DNA of 64,000 nucleotides from Collinsella sp. (GCA_048205395.1 DBEWUK010000050.1:748-64747); one strand, 5' to 3'; numbered from the stretch's first letter, positions 5,753-15,759 are shown. Made by a program: numbers and translations. Notes: a model not told the origin generated them from the letters alone.

Positions 5753-8239
5753 CTAAAGCGAGAAGTACTCACTCTCGGAAGACAAGTTAGGCCCCAACCA
5801 TGGATCACCCGTCAAGAAGAGCTCCGGCCAGCGCTGCATGAACAGCGCTTGCTCGCGCTTCCAGCGGCGCAGCTTTTTCTCGTTGGCCTCTTCCCTGCCG
5901 CGCGAGGTGAACTCGTAGTGATACAGCTCGGCATAGGGCGTATAGATGGTTCGATAGCCCGCCTCCCACACGCGCAGACAAAAGTCCGCGTCGTTAAAGC
6001 CGACGGCGAATTCCTCGTCGTAGCCTCCGACCCGCTCAAATACGTCGCGTCGGACCATCTGACAGGCACCAGTTACGGCGCTAAAGTTACCGGGGCGCAC
6101 AGCGCGGGCAAGATAGCCCTCGCGCTTTGCCGAGAAGTCCTGGTTGGCATGGGCAAGTGCGCCACGCACGCCAACCAAGATGCCGGCATGTTGCACCAGA
6201 TGATCGGCAAAGTAGAGTTTGGCGCCCACCACGCCCGCATCGGGACGCTGCAGATACCCCATCATCTCTTCGATAAAGTCCGGACTTATGACCTCGGTAT
6301 CGTTGTTGAGCAGCAGCAGATAGTCGCCCCTGGCATGCTCCACGCCAAAGTTAACGATCTTGGAGTAATTGAACTCACCCGGCCAGTACACAACGTGTGC
6401 GATGCCCTTACCTTCGGATGCAGCAGTCACGCGCTCTGGCAGGGTTTCGTAATACGCAAACGTCTCCGGGGCTTTGCTGTTGTTCTCCACCAAGACGATC
6501 TCGTAATTGGCATACGTTGCCTTCTGAGCGATCGACATCACGCAGGCATCGAGCGTCTCAACGTGGTCCTTGGTGGGAATCACAATGCTCACCAGCGGCG
6601 CAGACTCCGGCAGCGCATAACGCATGTGATAGACAAACGGCGTCTCGGTCTCCTCGACCGTTCCGCAAATGCCCAGCGCGTTAAAGTGGCGCTGAAGCGC
6701 AAGGCGCCCGGCTTCAATAGCATACGGCTTACTATCGGCAGAACCGTCGGCGGTCGATCCCGGATGCACGCGCCAGTGATACAGCACATGCTCAACGTGC
6801 TCAAAGCGCGCGCCGGCTGCAAGGCAGCGGAGCGTCAGGTCGTAATCCTGGGCGCCCGCAACGTCTTCTGGGGACATACCAATGTGATCGATGAGCGCCT
6901 TCTCCACCATCAGGAAATGCGTCACGCAGTTATGGCTATAGAGCAGATCGACGTTGAGCCGTGTCTTAAAGACCGGCTGGCCCCACTCCCCCGTTTTCTG
7001 AAACATGTCCTCGTCGCAGAACAAGACCTGGGGGCGCTCGCCCTCGGCCGCCTTATTCAGCGCGGAAACATACTGGAATAACGCGTCCGGCTCCAGAATG
7101 TCGTCATGGTCCAGGAACGCGATGTAGTCGCCCGTCGCTTGCTCGATACCTGCGTTGGTGTTGACCACAATGCCGCCGTTGCCGGGCAGCCCGATGCGAC
7201 GAACGCACTCGTCGTGAGCACCTGCCGCAAGGTCGGCAACCGCGTCCCATTCGGGCGAGGCATCCATAAGGAGCAGTTCCCAGTTGTCATAGCTCTGGGA
7301 TAGCACAGAGTCCAGCAGCTCGCGCAGGTAAACCCGATCGGTCTTATAGCACGGCACCACAATGCTCACGAGCGGTCTATAGGCAAAGGCCACCGAAGTG
7401 ACACACTGGCACGCCAAATCGCCCGGCTTTGCGCGATGCTGCTCAAACCAACGTCGATAAGCTGCGTCGTCTGCACGCGCGTCCTTCATACGGTTCCAGC
7501 TGTCGTCGACCATGCCGTTGTACAGGCGACCATCCATGGCGCAAAACCCGCTCTGGATCTGCTCTGTGGGATCGCTCACAATCGCGACAAAATCTCGTAT
7601 ATCCTGAGGCATCTCAACACTCAGATACGTTTTATTGACGCGGCAACCGTTGCGCTGCGGCACATCGACCTGCGATTCAAACACATGCACGGTGACATCG
7701 ATGGCATTCATATGCGCATCGAAGATCTGGAGCTCAGGCGCGCACTGGAGGTCTCCCGCCCATGTGACCTCATAGCGCCACACGGCGCCCGAATCGGCCG
7801 GAAGATAACGGACAGCATCGATCTCGTAGCGGCCGCAGCATTCGCCACGCTGCGCATCGCGGATAAGCGCGCACAGCGCAGGCTTTGCTTTGTAGTTAAT
7901 CTTGGATTCCAGCTTGGCCACGCGGCTATCGAGGCGAATGGAGCCCAACCTTTGGCCACCGGATGCAAAAACGACATCCATCGACGAGCCATCCAAAAAC
8001 GGAAGCACCAAGACGGCGAGCTCGTGCTCGTAACCGGAAACGAAAGGACAAAGCGCCAGCACACGGCCATGATCGACCGGGAGCACAAGCGACGGCACAC
8101 AAGAACCGCTCGTAGTCGCATGGGCAAACGCCTGAGAACCCTCCCGCTCGATAAGCGCGGCGACATCCTGACCGGCAAAACGAAGCAGTACAAACAGACG
8201 GCCCTGACTGCGGCAAAGTGCCAAACGTTTGATACTCAT
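5753..8239 (-). CDS. glycosyltransferase with two GT2 (GT-A) domains and a ~290-aa N-terminal domain of unknown function
   Basis: 828 aa with two GT2 signatures: LVSIVVPCYKTDRVYLRELLDSVLSQSY...FLDHDD and LVSIVIPTKDHVETLDACVMSI...LLNNDTE. The C-terminal part reads GFNDADFCLRVWEAGYR. The start ATG directly abuts the upstream stop. Confidence 0.85.
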   Translation of the reverse strand: MSIKRLALCRSQGRLFVLLRFAGQDVAALIEREGSQAFAHATTSGSCVPSLVLPVDHGRVLALCPFVSGYEHELAVLVLPFLDGSSMDVVFASGGQRLGSIRLDSRVAKLESKINYKAKPALCALIRDAQRGECCGRYEIDAVRYLPADSGAVWRYEVTWAGDLQCAPELQIFDAHMNAIDVTVHVFESQVDVPQRNGCRVNKTYLSVEMPQDIRDFVAIVSDPTEQIQSGFCAMDGRLYNGMVDDSWNRMKDARADDAAYRRWFEQHRAKPGDLACQCVTSVAFAYRPLVSIVVPCYKTDRVYLRELLDSVLSQSYDNWELLLMDASPEWDAVADLAAGAHDECVRRIGLPGNGGIVVNTNAGIEQATGDYIAFLDHDDILEPDALFQYVSALNKAAEGERPQVLFCDEDMFQKTGEWGQPVFKTRLNVDLLYSHNCVTHFLMVEKALIDHIGMSPEDVAGAQDYDLTLRCLAAGARFEHVEHVLYHWRVHPGSTADGSADSKPYAIEAGRLALQRHFNALGICGTVEETETPFVYHMRYALPESAPLVSIVIPTKDHVETLDACVMSIAQKATYANYEIVLVENNSKAPETFAYYETLPERVTAASEGKGIAHVVYWPGEFNYSKIVNFGVEHARGDYLLLLNNDTEVISPDFIEEMMGYLQRPDAGVVGAKLYFADHLVQHAGILVGVRGALAHANQDFSAKREGYLARAVRPGNFSAVTGACQMVRRDVFERVGGYDEEFAVGFNDADFCLRVWEAGYRTIYTPYAELYHYEFTSRGREEANEKKLRRWKREQALFMQRWPELFLTGDPWLGPNLSSESEYFSL

Positions 8240-9313
8240 CTACACTTCTCGCTTTCCCAGGGCGTTCGCTGCCATGCGTTTGCAGGCACCCAGGCGCCCA
8301 AACCTCAAGACGTCGTAATCGAACATGAGCTTTTTGCACAAACGAGCAGCAGGGGCCTTACCGATAAGTGCCGCGCGCACCATGGCGGCAACCGAAGGAG
8401 CACATTGTGCGAGCGCAGCATCGTTGTCCACGGCAGAACCGTTAAGCGCCGCGGCAACGGCAGCAAACACTTTGCCGCAGTCCGAACCCAGCAGCCTGAG
8501 CGCGTCGTACAGCACCAGATCGCACAGGAAATATGCCAGGTCATCGGCATGTTGAGCATCGAGACCGTCGCGCTGCCAGTCAGCCAGCACCGCGGAGTAA
8601 ATCTTCACGTGCTCCAGCAGGCGCGTCTCGTCGTCATAGCGCATGGTGTCCATGAGCGAGCCCTTGCGCGCCACGCGGTAGTCGTACAGCTTGTTCGAAA
8701 TAAGCGCGGTCTTGCGCGAGCGACCGTACACGGCAAAATCGAAGACCTGGTCCTCGCCATACTTGACGGTTTCGTCGAACACGATCCCGTTGCCCAGCAA
8801 AAACTCACGCTTGCAAGCGGTGCGCCATGCAAAGGGGCGAGACGCTTCTTTAAACAGCAGGTCGGAGCTATAGCCTTCAAACGACACATCGCGCGGGCTC
8901 AGCACATAGTTAAGCCACGGATACCCTGCCTCCAGCGGATACGGATTCGCGCCAAAGGTCAAAACGTCGCAGTCCTCGCGCCCAAAGGCATCGACGATCA
9001 CACGGCATGCATCGGGCGTAAAACGGTCGTCGGAATCCAAAAACGCGACGATAGGAGCCCAGGACGCAGCGATACCCGCGTTACGGGCGCTCGACAAACC
9101 ACCGTTGGGTTTATCAATCAGCGTAAAGCGCGCGTCCTTTTCGCAATAGGCAGCCGCAATATCGCGCGAACCGTCCGGCGAGCCATCGTTGACCAGCACG
9201 CCTTCCCAATCGGGCGTGTCCTGCGCAAGCAGGGAGTCCAGGCACCAGGCCAGGCACTCCTCCACTTTATAGATGGGAACGACAACGGAAATCTTGGGAG
9301 TAGCCATAGTCAC
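8240..9313 (-). CDS. glycosyltransferase family 2
   Basis: 357 aa: ISVVVPIYKVEECLAWCLDSLLAQ...VNDGSPDGS...FLDSDD. Confidence 0.85.
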   Translation of the reverse strand: MTMATPKISVVVPIYKVEECLAWCLDSLLAQDTPDWEGVLVNDGSPDGSRDIAAAYCEKDARFTLIDKPNGGLSSARNAGIAASWAPIVAFLDSDDRFTPDACRVIVDAFGREDCDVLTFGANPYPLEAGYPWLNYVLSPRDVSFEGYSSDLLFKEASRPFAWRTACKREFLLGNGIVFDETVKYGEDQVFDFAVYGRSRKTALISNKLYDYRVARKGSLMDTMRYDDETRLLEHVKIYSAVLADWQRDGLDAQHADDLAYFLCDLVLYDALRLLGSDCGKVFAAVAAALNGSAVDNDAALAQCAPSVAAMVRAALIGKAPAARLCKKLMFDYDVLRFGRLGACKRMAANALGKREV

Positions 9314-9319
9314 TCACTC

Positions 9320-10438
9320 CTACTGTGCGGCCGGAACGTCATCGGGATGCGGGTTGTCGCCGTAGGTGCGCTGATACGTCAGCACGCGCCAGACCAGCGG
9401 CAGGCCGCCAATCTTAAAGTAATGCTTAAACGTATTGAGCTTGCCCGGCTTCTTAAAGTCAAAGCGCGAATCGATATAGGCGCGGGGCGACTTGACCATC
9501 AGGCGCAAGTCGGTCTCGCCACGCGGATCGAACAGCGACAGGTCAAAGCGACCGGCATCCCAATCGGCCTTGAGCTCGGGAGATGCCTTCTTCCAAAACT
9601 GCTCACGCAGTTCATCGACCAGACGCTCGTCATTCCAGCGGTACGTATCGACCTTCATGCGCATTAAAATGCCCTGGAGCTGAGCCTTGAGCTCGGGACG
9701 CTCGGTCAAAAATCGCTGCATCTCGGCATATTCGTCGCACACGCAAAACACCTTGTTGGGCGAATTAACGGAGCTCTTCTCGTTATCCTGGCGATAGCAC
9801 AAAATGGGGTCCGCAATAAACGCGGCACGCTCGGCGCAAGCCCAAACCTTAAAGTTAAAGCCTGCGTCCTGATACGAGGCACCCGGTGTGGGAAGGAACC
9901 GAATCTGATTGTCGTTGAGGAACTCGCGCCGATAGATAGCCGACCAAATGGAAGGTTTGCGGTAGAAGATGCCCGGGCGATCGACGGGGCAATACGCGGC
10001 GCCCGTCATATGCTCGTCGATGATCCCAAACAGCTCACGGCGCTCGCTGGGCGTGGACCAATACAGATAGAAATCGCCTTTAACCACATCAGCGTGCTCG
10101 GTGTCTGCCTTGGCAACCAACTTTTGGAGCGAATCCTCGAACATAAAGTCATCAGACTCCAAAATGCCCACGTACTCGCCACGCGCCATCTCCAGGCCGC
10201 GGTTCATCGAGTCGCCGTAGCCGCTATTGGCCTTGTCAATCATCTTGACGCGCTCATCGCGTGCCATGTACTCGCGAATGATATCCGGTGAGCTATCGGT
10301 GGAGCCATCGTTGATGCAGATGATTTCGATGTCCTTGAGCGACTGTGTCACAGCGGAATCGAGGCACTCGCGCAGGTAGCGCTCAACATTGCAAATGGGA
10401 ATAAGCAACGAAACTTTAGGGGTATCAGAGTTCTGCAA
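9320..10438 (-). CDS. glycosyltransferase family 2 (paralog of 11560..12663)
   Basis: 372 aa: VSLLIPICNVERYLRECLDSAVTQSLKDIEIICINDGSTD...SGYGDSMN...ILESDDF. Confidence 0.85.
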   Translation of the reverse strand: MQNSDTPKVSLLIPICNVERYLRECLDSAVTQSLKDIEIICINDGSTDSSPDIIREYMARDERVKMIDKANSGYGDSMNRGLEMARGEYVGILESDDFMFEDSLQKLVAKADTEHADVVKGDFYLYWSTPSERRELFGIIDEHMTGAAYCPVDRPGIFYRKPSIWSAIYRREFLNDNQIRFLPTPGASYQDAGFNFKVWACAERAAFIADPILCYRQDNEKSSVNSPNKVFCVCDEYAEMQRFLTERPELKAQLQGILMRMKVDTYRWNDERLVDELREQFWKKASPELKADWDAGRFDLSLFDPRGETDLRLMVKSPRAYIDSRFDFKKPGKLNTFKHYFKIGGLPLVWRVLTYQRTYGDNPHPDDVPAAQ

Positions 10439-10512
10439 GAGAACCTCCTGTTGAATAGCGTGTAACAGGGTTATTTTAGCAGCCGAGTTGCGGCGGGCGG
10501 CAGCGCTTGGAA

Positions 10513-11553
10513 TTAGATAAAGCGCTCCAGGCAGGCTTTGAGACCGCGAGTCGAAAGATAGAACAGCGTGGCGTTTGCCATCGAAACGCCCGAGGTCGCC
10601 GCAACGAGCTTGTGGGCAACACGGCGAACGGCGCCCTTAGCAGGCATATCCGCCCACTCCGTTCCCAAAATCGTCGTGAGGTCCATGTTGACGCGAGCCG
10701 CCACGCGATGGAAGTCATCGGAATCCAAGCGCGCCAAATCAAACACGATAAGGTCCAAGAACCAGGTGATCAGCTCGCCGGGACACAGGTCCATAAGACC
10801 GTAGGCCGCCCAGTCCTCCAAGACCTCCTCGAGCATCCTCATATGGGCGTCAAGCTTTTTGGCGCGAGCCTCGGCACTGTTGAACTCGTGCGTCGCCGAT
10901 TCGCTCTCCATCACGTAGTGGTAGAACTTGTCCGGCATGACGACGGTCTTGTGGGCAAGCGCATAAGCCGCAAATTGGAAGACGACGTCCTCGCCCAAAG
11001 CCAGACCGGGGGCGAAGCGAATGCCTTCGCGATTGAGCAGCTCGCGCGAAAAAGCCGCACGGCAGGCATAGGGCTGCGCATTCGAATGGAACAGCAGTTG
11101 GGGATCACGGGCGCCGAAGGTACCGGCTTTGGGGCTCATGAGTTGCTGGACGCGTTTGGGGGCAGCATCGGCAGGTTCACAGACGCCGCCAAAAACGGCG
11201 GCCTCGGCATCTGCAGACACAATGGCATGCAGCACGCGCTCGACCGTCTGAGCATCGATGTAATCGTCGGCGTCCACAAAAAAGACGGTCTCGCCCTCGG
11301 CGGTATCGATACCGGCATTTCGAGCGCACGAGACGCCCGCGTTTTCCTGGTCAATCACCAGTACGCGGTCGTCGGCCTGCGCGATCTGGCGCAACACGTT
11401 CAACGAATCATCGGTCGAACCGTCGTTGACGCAGACAACCTGAATCGAGCGCTCGGACTGGGCCAACAGCGAATCGACGCATCGTTGAATGGAGCGCGCA
11501 GAGTTGTAAACGGGGACGACAATGGTAGCTTTAGGACACGAGGCCTCTCCCAT
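10513..11553 (-). CDS. glycosyltransferase family 2
   Basis: 346 aa: TIVVPVYNSARSIQRCVDSLLAQS...VNDGSTDDS...FVDADD. Confidence 0.85.
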   Translation of the reverse strand: MGEASCPKATIVVPVYNSARSIQRCVDSLLAQSERSIQVVCVNDGSTDDSLNVLRQIAQADDRVLVIDQENAGVSCARNAGIDTAEGETVFFVDADDYIDAQTVERVLHAIVSADAEAAVFGGVCEPADAAPKRVQQLMSPKAGTFGARDPQLLFHSNAQPYACRAAFSRELLNREGIRFAPGLALGEDVVFQFAAYALAHKTVVMPDKFYHYVMESESATHEFNSAEARAKKLDAHMRMLEEVLEDWAAYGLMDLCPGELITWFLDLIVFDLARLDSDDFHRVAARVNMDLTTILGTEWADMPAKGAVRRVAHKLVAATSGVSMANATLFYLSTRGLKACLERFI

Positions 11554-11559
11554 GCCGAC

Positions 11560-12663
11560 CTACCCCCTCAGCGATTCGATGAGGAAGGCGGCGACCACGC
11601 CTGGGCCTCCAACCGAGGCGTAATACTTAGCACGCCCCAATGCACCATCCGTCGCAAAACTCGGATGCTCGTCAACCCAGCCCTCAGGATCTTTGAGGAT
11701 GGCAGCGAGATTCGCGCGCTTCCACGGCTTGAGGTCGTCAAGCGAAAAGTCCCCGGCGTCCAAGGCCGCTTGGAACTCCTTGGCCATCTGAACCAGGAAC
11801 TCCTTATAGAACTTGGGCGCCAGGCGCACGTAGTTCCACATGTACGAATCGTACTTAATGAGCTGATTGAACTTGAGCATGCGCGCGACATCGCCGCTTG
11901 CGTGGCCGCGGGCATAATCCTCTCGAATCCAACGCTCAATCTCGGCATACTCGGTATTGACGCAAAAGACCTTAGCCGAAGAATTGACCGAGGAATTCTC
12001 GTTGTCCTGGCGATACGACAACACGGCATCGTGCAGGTAAATAGCCTTATCGGCGCACGCGATCACCTTAAAGGCGAATGACGTGTCCTGAAAGGATGCC
12101 CCCGGAGTCGGCAGGAACTTAATGCCGTTGCGCTCAAGAAAATCGCGACGGTACACTGCCGACCAAATCGACGGCTTTTGCTTAAAGAACTGCGTCGTAT
12201 CGCTCGGGTGCACTGGCTTGCCGCAGTCCTTGGCCTTAAACATCTCGTGCAGCGAACGGCGCTCCTCGGGCTTAGACCAGTAGAAATCAAAGTTAGCCTT
12301 CGCAAAGTCGGCATTATTGCTATCGGCGGCCGAGACAAGCTTTTCGAGTGCGTCGGGCGCCATAAAGTCATCGGACTCCAAGATGCCAACGTACTTGCCA
12401 CGCGCCATCTCCAGACCGTGGTTCATTGAGTCGCCGTAGCCGCTGTTGACTTTGTCGATCATCTTGACGCGTCCATCGCGCTCCATATACTCGCGGATAA
12501 TCGCCGGCGAGTTGTCGGTCGACCCGTCGTTAATGCAGATGATCTCAATATCCTTGAGCGTCTGCGTCAGGGCGGAATCGAGACACTCGCGCAGGTAGCG
12601 CTGAACATTGTAAATGGGAATAAGCAGCGACAGAACAGGGCTGCCAGAGGCGTTAGTAGACAA
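11560..12663 (-). CDS. glycosyltransferase family 2 (paralog of 9320..10438)
   Basis: 367 aa: LSLLIPIYNVQRYLRECLDSALTQTLKDIEIICINDGSTD...SGYGDSMN...ILESDDF. Confidence 0.85.
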   Translation of the reverse strand: MSTNASGSPVLSLLIPIYNVQRYLRECLDSALTQTLKDIEIICINDGSTDNSPAIIREYMERDGRVKMIDKVNSGYGDSMNHGLEMARGKYVGILESDDFMAPDALEKLVSAADSNNADFAKANFDFYWSKPEERRSLHEMFKAKDCGKPVHPSDTTQFFKQKPSIWSAVYRRDFLERNGIKFLPTPGASFQDTSFAFKVIACADKAIYLHDAVLSYRQDNENSSVNSSAKVFCVNTEYAEIERWIREDYARGHASGDVARMLKFNQLIKYDSYMWNYVRLAPKFYKEFLVQMAKEFQAALDAGDFSLDDLKPWKRANLAAILKDPEGWVDEHPSFATDGALGRAKYYASVGGPGVVAAFLIESLRG

Positions 12664-12919
12664 ATGTGCTCCTTAGGAAATACCTGTCGTTTCATGGTAT
12701 CAAAGGGTCAGCGCGCCAGCGGGCGTTTATATAATCTATGGAGCCTCTTGCGGGCAAAGCAGCCCCACGTCATGCGGCGGGCCCATGGCAGGTTCCTGCG
12801 TTTTATTCAAAGCTTGCCGTCAAGGCGCGCCGAGCCTTTACAATAGGACAGTCCCAAGGACGTATTCAATAGCTTCCGTGCGGCGCATGCGCGCCGCGCG
12901 TGAAAGGATATATTGCCCC

Positions 12920-13942
12920 ATGCCTTCAACCCTTCCCGCTCCCATCGATAAGCTCGCCATCGTCGTCGTTACGTACAAGCGTCAGGAACTCCTGGCCAAC
13001 TTGTTCGATTCCATGACCGAGCTCACGGCAACGCCCTGGCGCATCGTGATTGTCGATAACGAGAATTCGCGCGAGACCGAGGCCATGTGCACCGCATTCA
13101 ACGAGCGCGTGGCCAACCTGTGGGGCATCGACACCGAGCAGCCCGACGCGCAGTGCGGCACCGACCGTGTCATCTACGCCCCGCAGCTCGAAAACGGCGG
13201 CGGTGCAGGCGGCTTCTCCGCCGGCACTAAATGCGCCTACGACCTGGGCGCCCAGTGGTTCTGGGTGATGGACGACGACGTGCTCGTCATCCCCGAAGGC
13301 ATCGAGCGCTTGGCCAAATGGACTGACCGCTACGATGTTATCCAGGGTTCGCGCCTGGACTTCGACGGCGGCGCCTTCTTTTGGCAATACCAACTCATCC
13401 TTTCGCTCGGCATTCCCAACCCTGTCGCCAAGTGGGACTTGGGCCCCGAGGGCTACCGCGCCATGAACCAGCTGTGCTTTGAGGGCGGCATGTTCTCGCG
13501 CCGCGTGGTCGACAAGATCGGCCTGCCCGACGCGCGCTTCTTTATCTACGGCGACGATGCCTGCTACGGCTACGTGGCCAGCCAGCACTTCCCCGCCGCC
13601 GTTGTTGCCGACGTGGTGCTCAAGCGCGCCCGCGCCGTCTCTAACTGGGACATCGCCGGCAAACGACAGCTCAACTCCACGAGCGACACCAACCGCTACT
13701 ACATCATGCGCAACCGAGGCTTCCTCGCTCGCTATATGCAGATCTACGGTGACTACCACCCCATGCTGTTCCGCCTGGGCAATGCCGCGACCTTCTGCAA
13801 GGAATTCATTCGCCTGGCCGCCGTTGACAAGTGCTTTAAGACCGGCATTCCGGCGCTGCGCCGAGGCATGAAGGACGCCCGCAAGATCGTCAAGGATCCC
13901 AACTGGAAGCCCATGCCGCCCATGAAGGACGCGGAGCAGTAA
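12920..13942 (+). CDS. glycosyltransferase family 2 (rhamnosyl-/galactofuranosyl-transferase-like)
   Basis: Within ORF 12785..13942. The start is ATG 12920, after GAAAGGA. Motifs: LAIVVVTYKRQELL...IVIVDNENS...GGGAGGFSAG...WVMDDDV. It is divergent from the five-gene GT operon. Confidence 0.8.
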   Translation: MPSTLPAPIDKLAIVVVTYKRQELLANLFDSMTELTATPWRIVIVDNENSRETEAMCTAFNERVANLWGIDTEQPDAQCGTDRVIYAPQLENGGGAGGFSAGTKCAYDLGAQWFWVMDDDVLVIPEGIERLAKWTDRYDVIQGSRLDFDGGAFFWQYQLILSLGIPNPVAKWDLGPEGYRAMNQLCFEGGMFSRRVVDKIGLPDARFFIYGDDACYGYVASQHFPAAVVADVVLKRARAVSNWDIAGKRQLNSTSDTNRYYIMRNRGFLARYMQIYGDYHPMLFRLGNAATFCKEFIRLAAVDKCFKTGIPALRRGMKDARKIVKDPNWKPMPPMKDAEQ

Positions 13943-13959
13943 AGGGCTTTCGCCATCCC

Positions 13960-15759
13960 CTACAACCGTTGGCACACCACGGACACACGCTGCCCGTCAA
14001 AGCCAAAGCCCCAGCGCATCCGCCCGACGGCGGGGCGTGGCACGCGAATATCATCGATGCCGTTGCGCTCGATTTCGAGCAGCGCCTGAACCGCTAACAG
14101 TTCTAGGCCCAGGGCATCGACGCCAGGGTCGTACATCATGTTGATCGTTATCAGCGGGCGCTCGTCGAGTATGCCGAGCGTGTCGGCCACGTCAAACACC
14201 CGACCGGTGGGAATCACCTGGATATCCCAGCGATCCGAAACGCCACTTCGCTTGGAGCTGGGATTGCAATAGCCGGGCAGTCCAAAGCAGAGCCCCTGCA
14301 GCGCCAGATGATAGGCTGTCGGCATATCTGATTGGCCCACATCGATGCCCAGATCGCCGATAGCACAGCTCAAAGCTTGCTTTACAGCGTCCTCGTCTCC
14401 ACGACACAGCCCGTCATGGAACGAGTCGATAACTCGAACGTCCTCAACGGCGCACTCAAACCATTCCAGAATTACAAGACGGAGCGCCTGACGTACTTCG
14501 TTGTTAGGCAGACGCAGGGAACGAAGGCGCACGCCGTCCTCCGAATGCCCCGTCATGTCCGTGGTAAGGAATCCAGACAGATACAGCGCAGTCCAGATAT
14601 CTTCGGGCTTGGCGGCATCGGCCTCCTCGGCATGCACATGCACCGACGCCTCAATAAACCCATGCGGCTCAAGCAAATCGAACAATGCGGACAGGCGCAT
14701 GAGATTCCAGTCACCGACGTATGCGCTCAGACGATCGGCGCAACCATACAGATCTGTCCGAACGGGCGCGACGCAACCGCGATGTGCGTAGTCCACCACA
14801 CGCTCCGGGATCGAACAATAAAAACCACCAAACAGATAACCCTCGAGCCACTCACGCGCGTCATCCAGACAGCCGTTGCGACCGATGCGATCCAACAGTA
14901 CCTGGACTTCGTCGTCCGAAAAACCGAACCATCGATCACACCAACTCGACAGCGGCGTCGCCGACCGATAGGAAACCCCACGTTGGGACAACGCAAACTC
15001 GGCAGGACCGGGGCGCTCGCCCATAAGGCACGTCAATCGCAACAAATCGCCGGCGTCGGCAATGGTGTCGAACAACATCCGGCTGAGCGACTCTAGGGAA
15101 TCCATGCTACCGTAGTCCTTAGCGTCCAAACGCTTTGGACATACCGCGTCGTAGTCGTCTATCAGAAGAACAACCTGCTCATCGAAAGCTGTCTGGAGCA
15201 GCTTAATAAGCACGCCTAGCGCCGCATCGATCTCTCTATCGCTGGCCACCCCACGCGCCGCCCTCTCGATAAGACGAACCTCACGTCTTGACAGATCAGG
15301 CGCGGCAAGCAGCGGCAGCAATCGGGCGCACTCGTGCGCGACGGCGCTGCGAATAGCCGCCGCAGCATCAGCGTCGCGCCTCACAGCGACAGCTGAAAAG
15401 TCGAGCATGATGACCGGATAACACGCGTACTCATCACGATAGCGACCGCCACCCGCCTGCCAAATCTGGGTGCAGACGAACGGGCTTCGATCCGGCCGCC
15501 GGTGATCAGGTCGTTCCAAATAGCATTTGAGCATCGACAAGTTCATGCTCTTGCCAAAACCCTTGGGTCGGCAGCAAAACGCGACGGATGCCTCACAATC
15601 CAACATATCGGCAATAAACATGGTCTTATCGACGAGTAAATACCGATTGATTGCATCGGAAAAGTCGTGAACATCAACCGGTAGAGCTGCGTTATCCGCA
15701 TGATTGAGCAACCGCGCACAAAACGCATGAGTAAAACCACAATTCACCTGTTCAGACAC
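13960..15759 (-). CDS. AAA-ATPase_like (DUF1703-type) protein with C-terminal PD-(D/E)XK (PDDEXK_9-like) domain
   Basis: ORF 13960..15855. The N-terminal block LPVDVHDFSDAINRYLLVDKTMFIADML...CRPKGFGKSMNLSML matches the PF09820-type signature (YYVDKT ... RPRRFGKS.NLSM). The C-terminus has a nuclease-like DxxI...E.K pattern (DRWDIQVIP ... INMMYD). The likely start is GTG 15759, after GGGAGAG. The start is uncertain. Confidence 0.6.
   Translation of the reverse strand: MSEQVNCGFTHAFCARLLNHADNAALPVDVHDFSDAINRYLLVDKTMFIADMLDCEASVAFCCRPKGFGKSMNLSMLKCYLERPDHRRPDRSPFVCTQIWQAGGGRYRDEYACYPVIMLDFSAVAVRRDADAAAAIRSAVAHECARLLPLLAAPDLSRREVRLIERAARGVASDREIDAALGVLIKLLQTAFDEQVVLLIDDYDAVCPKRLDAKDYGSMDSLESLSRMLFDTIADAGDLLRLTCLMGERPGPAEFALSQRGVSYRSATPLSSWCDRWFGFSDDEVQVLLDRIGRNGCLDDAREWLEGYLFGGFYCSIPERVVDYAHRGCVAPVRTDLYGCADRLSAYVGDWNLMRLSALFDLLEPHGFIEASVHVHAEEADAAKPEDIWTALYLSGFLTTDMTGHSEDGVRLRSLRLPNNEVRQALRLVILEWFECAVEDVRVIDSFHDGLCRGDEDAVKQALSCAIGDLGIDVGQSDMPTAYHLALQGLCFGLPGYCNPSSKRSGVSDRWDIQVIPTGRVFDVADTLGILDERPLITINMMYDPGVDALGLELLAVQALLEIERNGIDDIRVPRPAVGRMRWGFGFDGQRVSVVCQRL

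Noticed and set aside
7436-9667. 743-aa plus-strand ORF spanning two glycosyltransferase genes
   Set aside because: It is antisense to strongly supported GT2 genes. The translation is Arg/His/Ala/Gly-rich low complexity with no motifs, which is the usual long antisense open frame of high-GC DNA.
10507-12081. 524-aa plus-strand ORF over two GT2 genes. Similar long antisense ORFs occur at 5849..7081, 12926..13975, 25115..26236, 29065..30303, 31699..33450, 40130..41731, 43316..44473, 45246..46670, 49656..50879, 54705..55874, 60931..62148 and 62375..63406.
   Set aside because: Each one overlaps, on the opposite strand, a gene with unambiguous family motifs. Their compositions are typical of GC-rich antisense frames.
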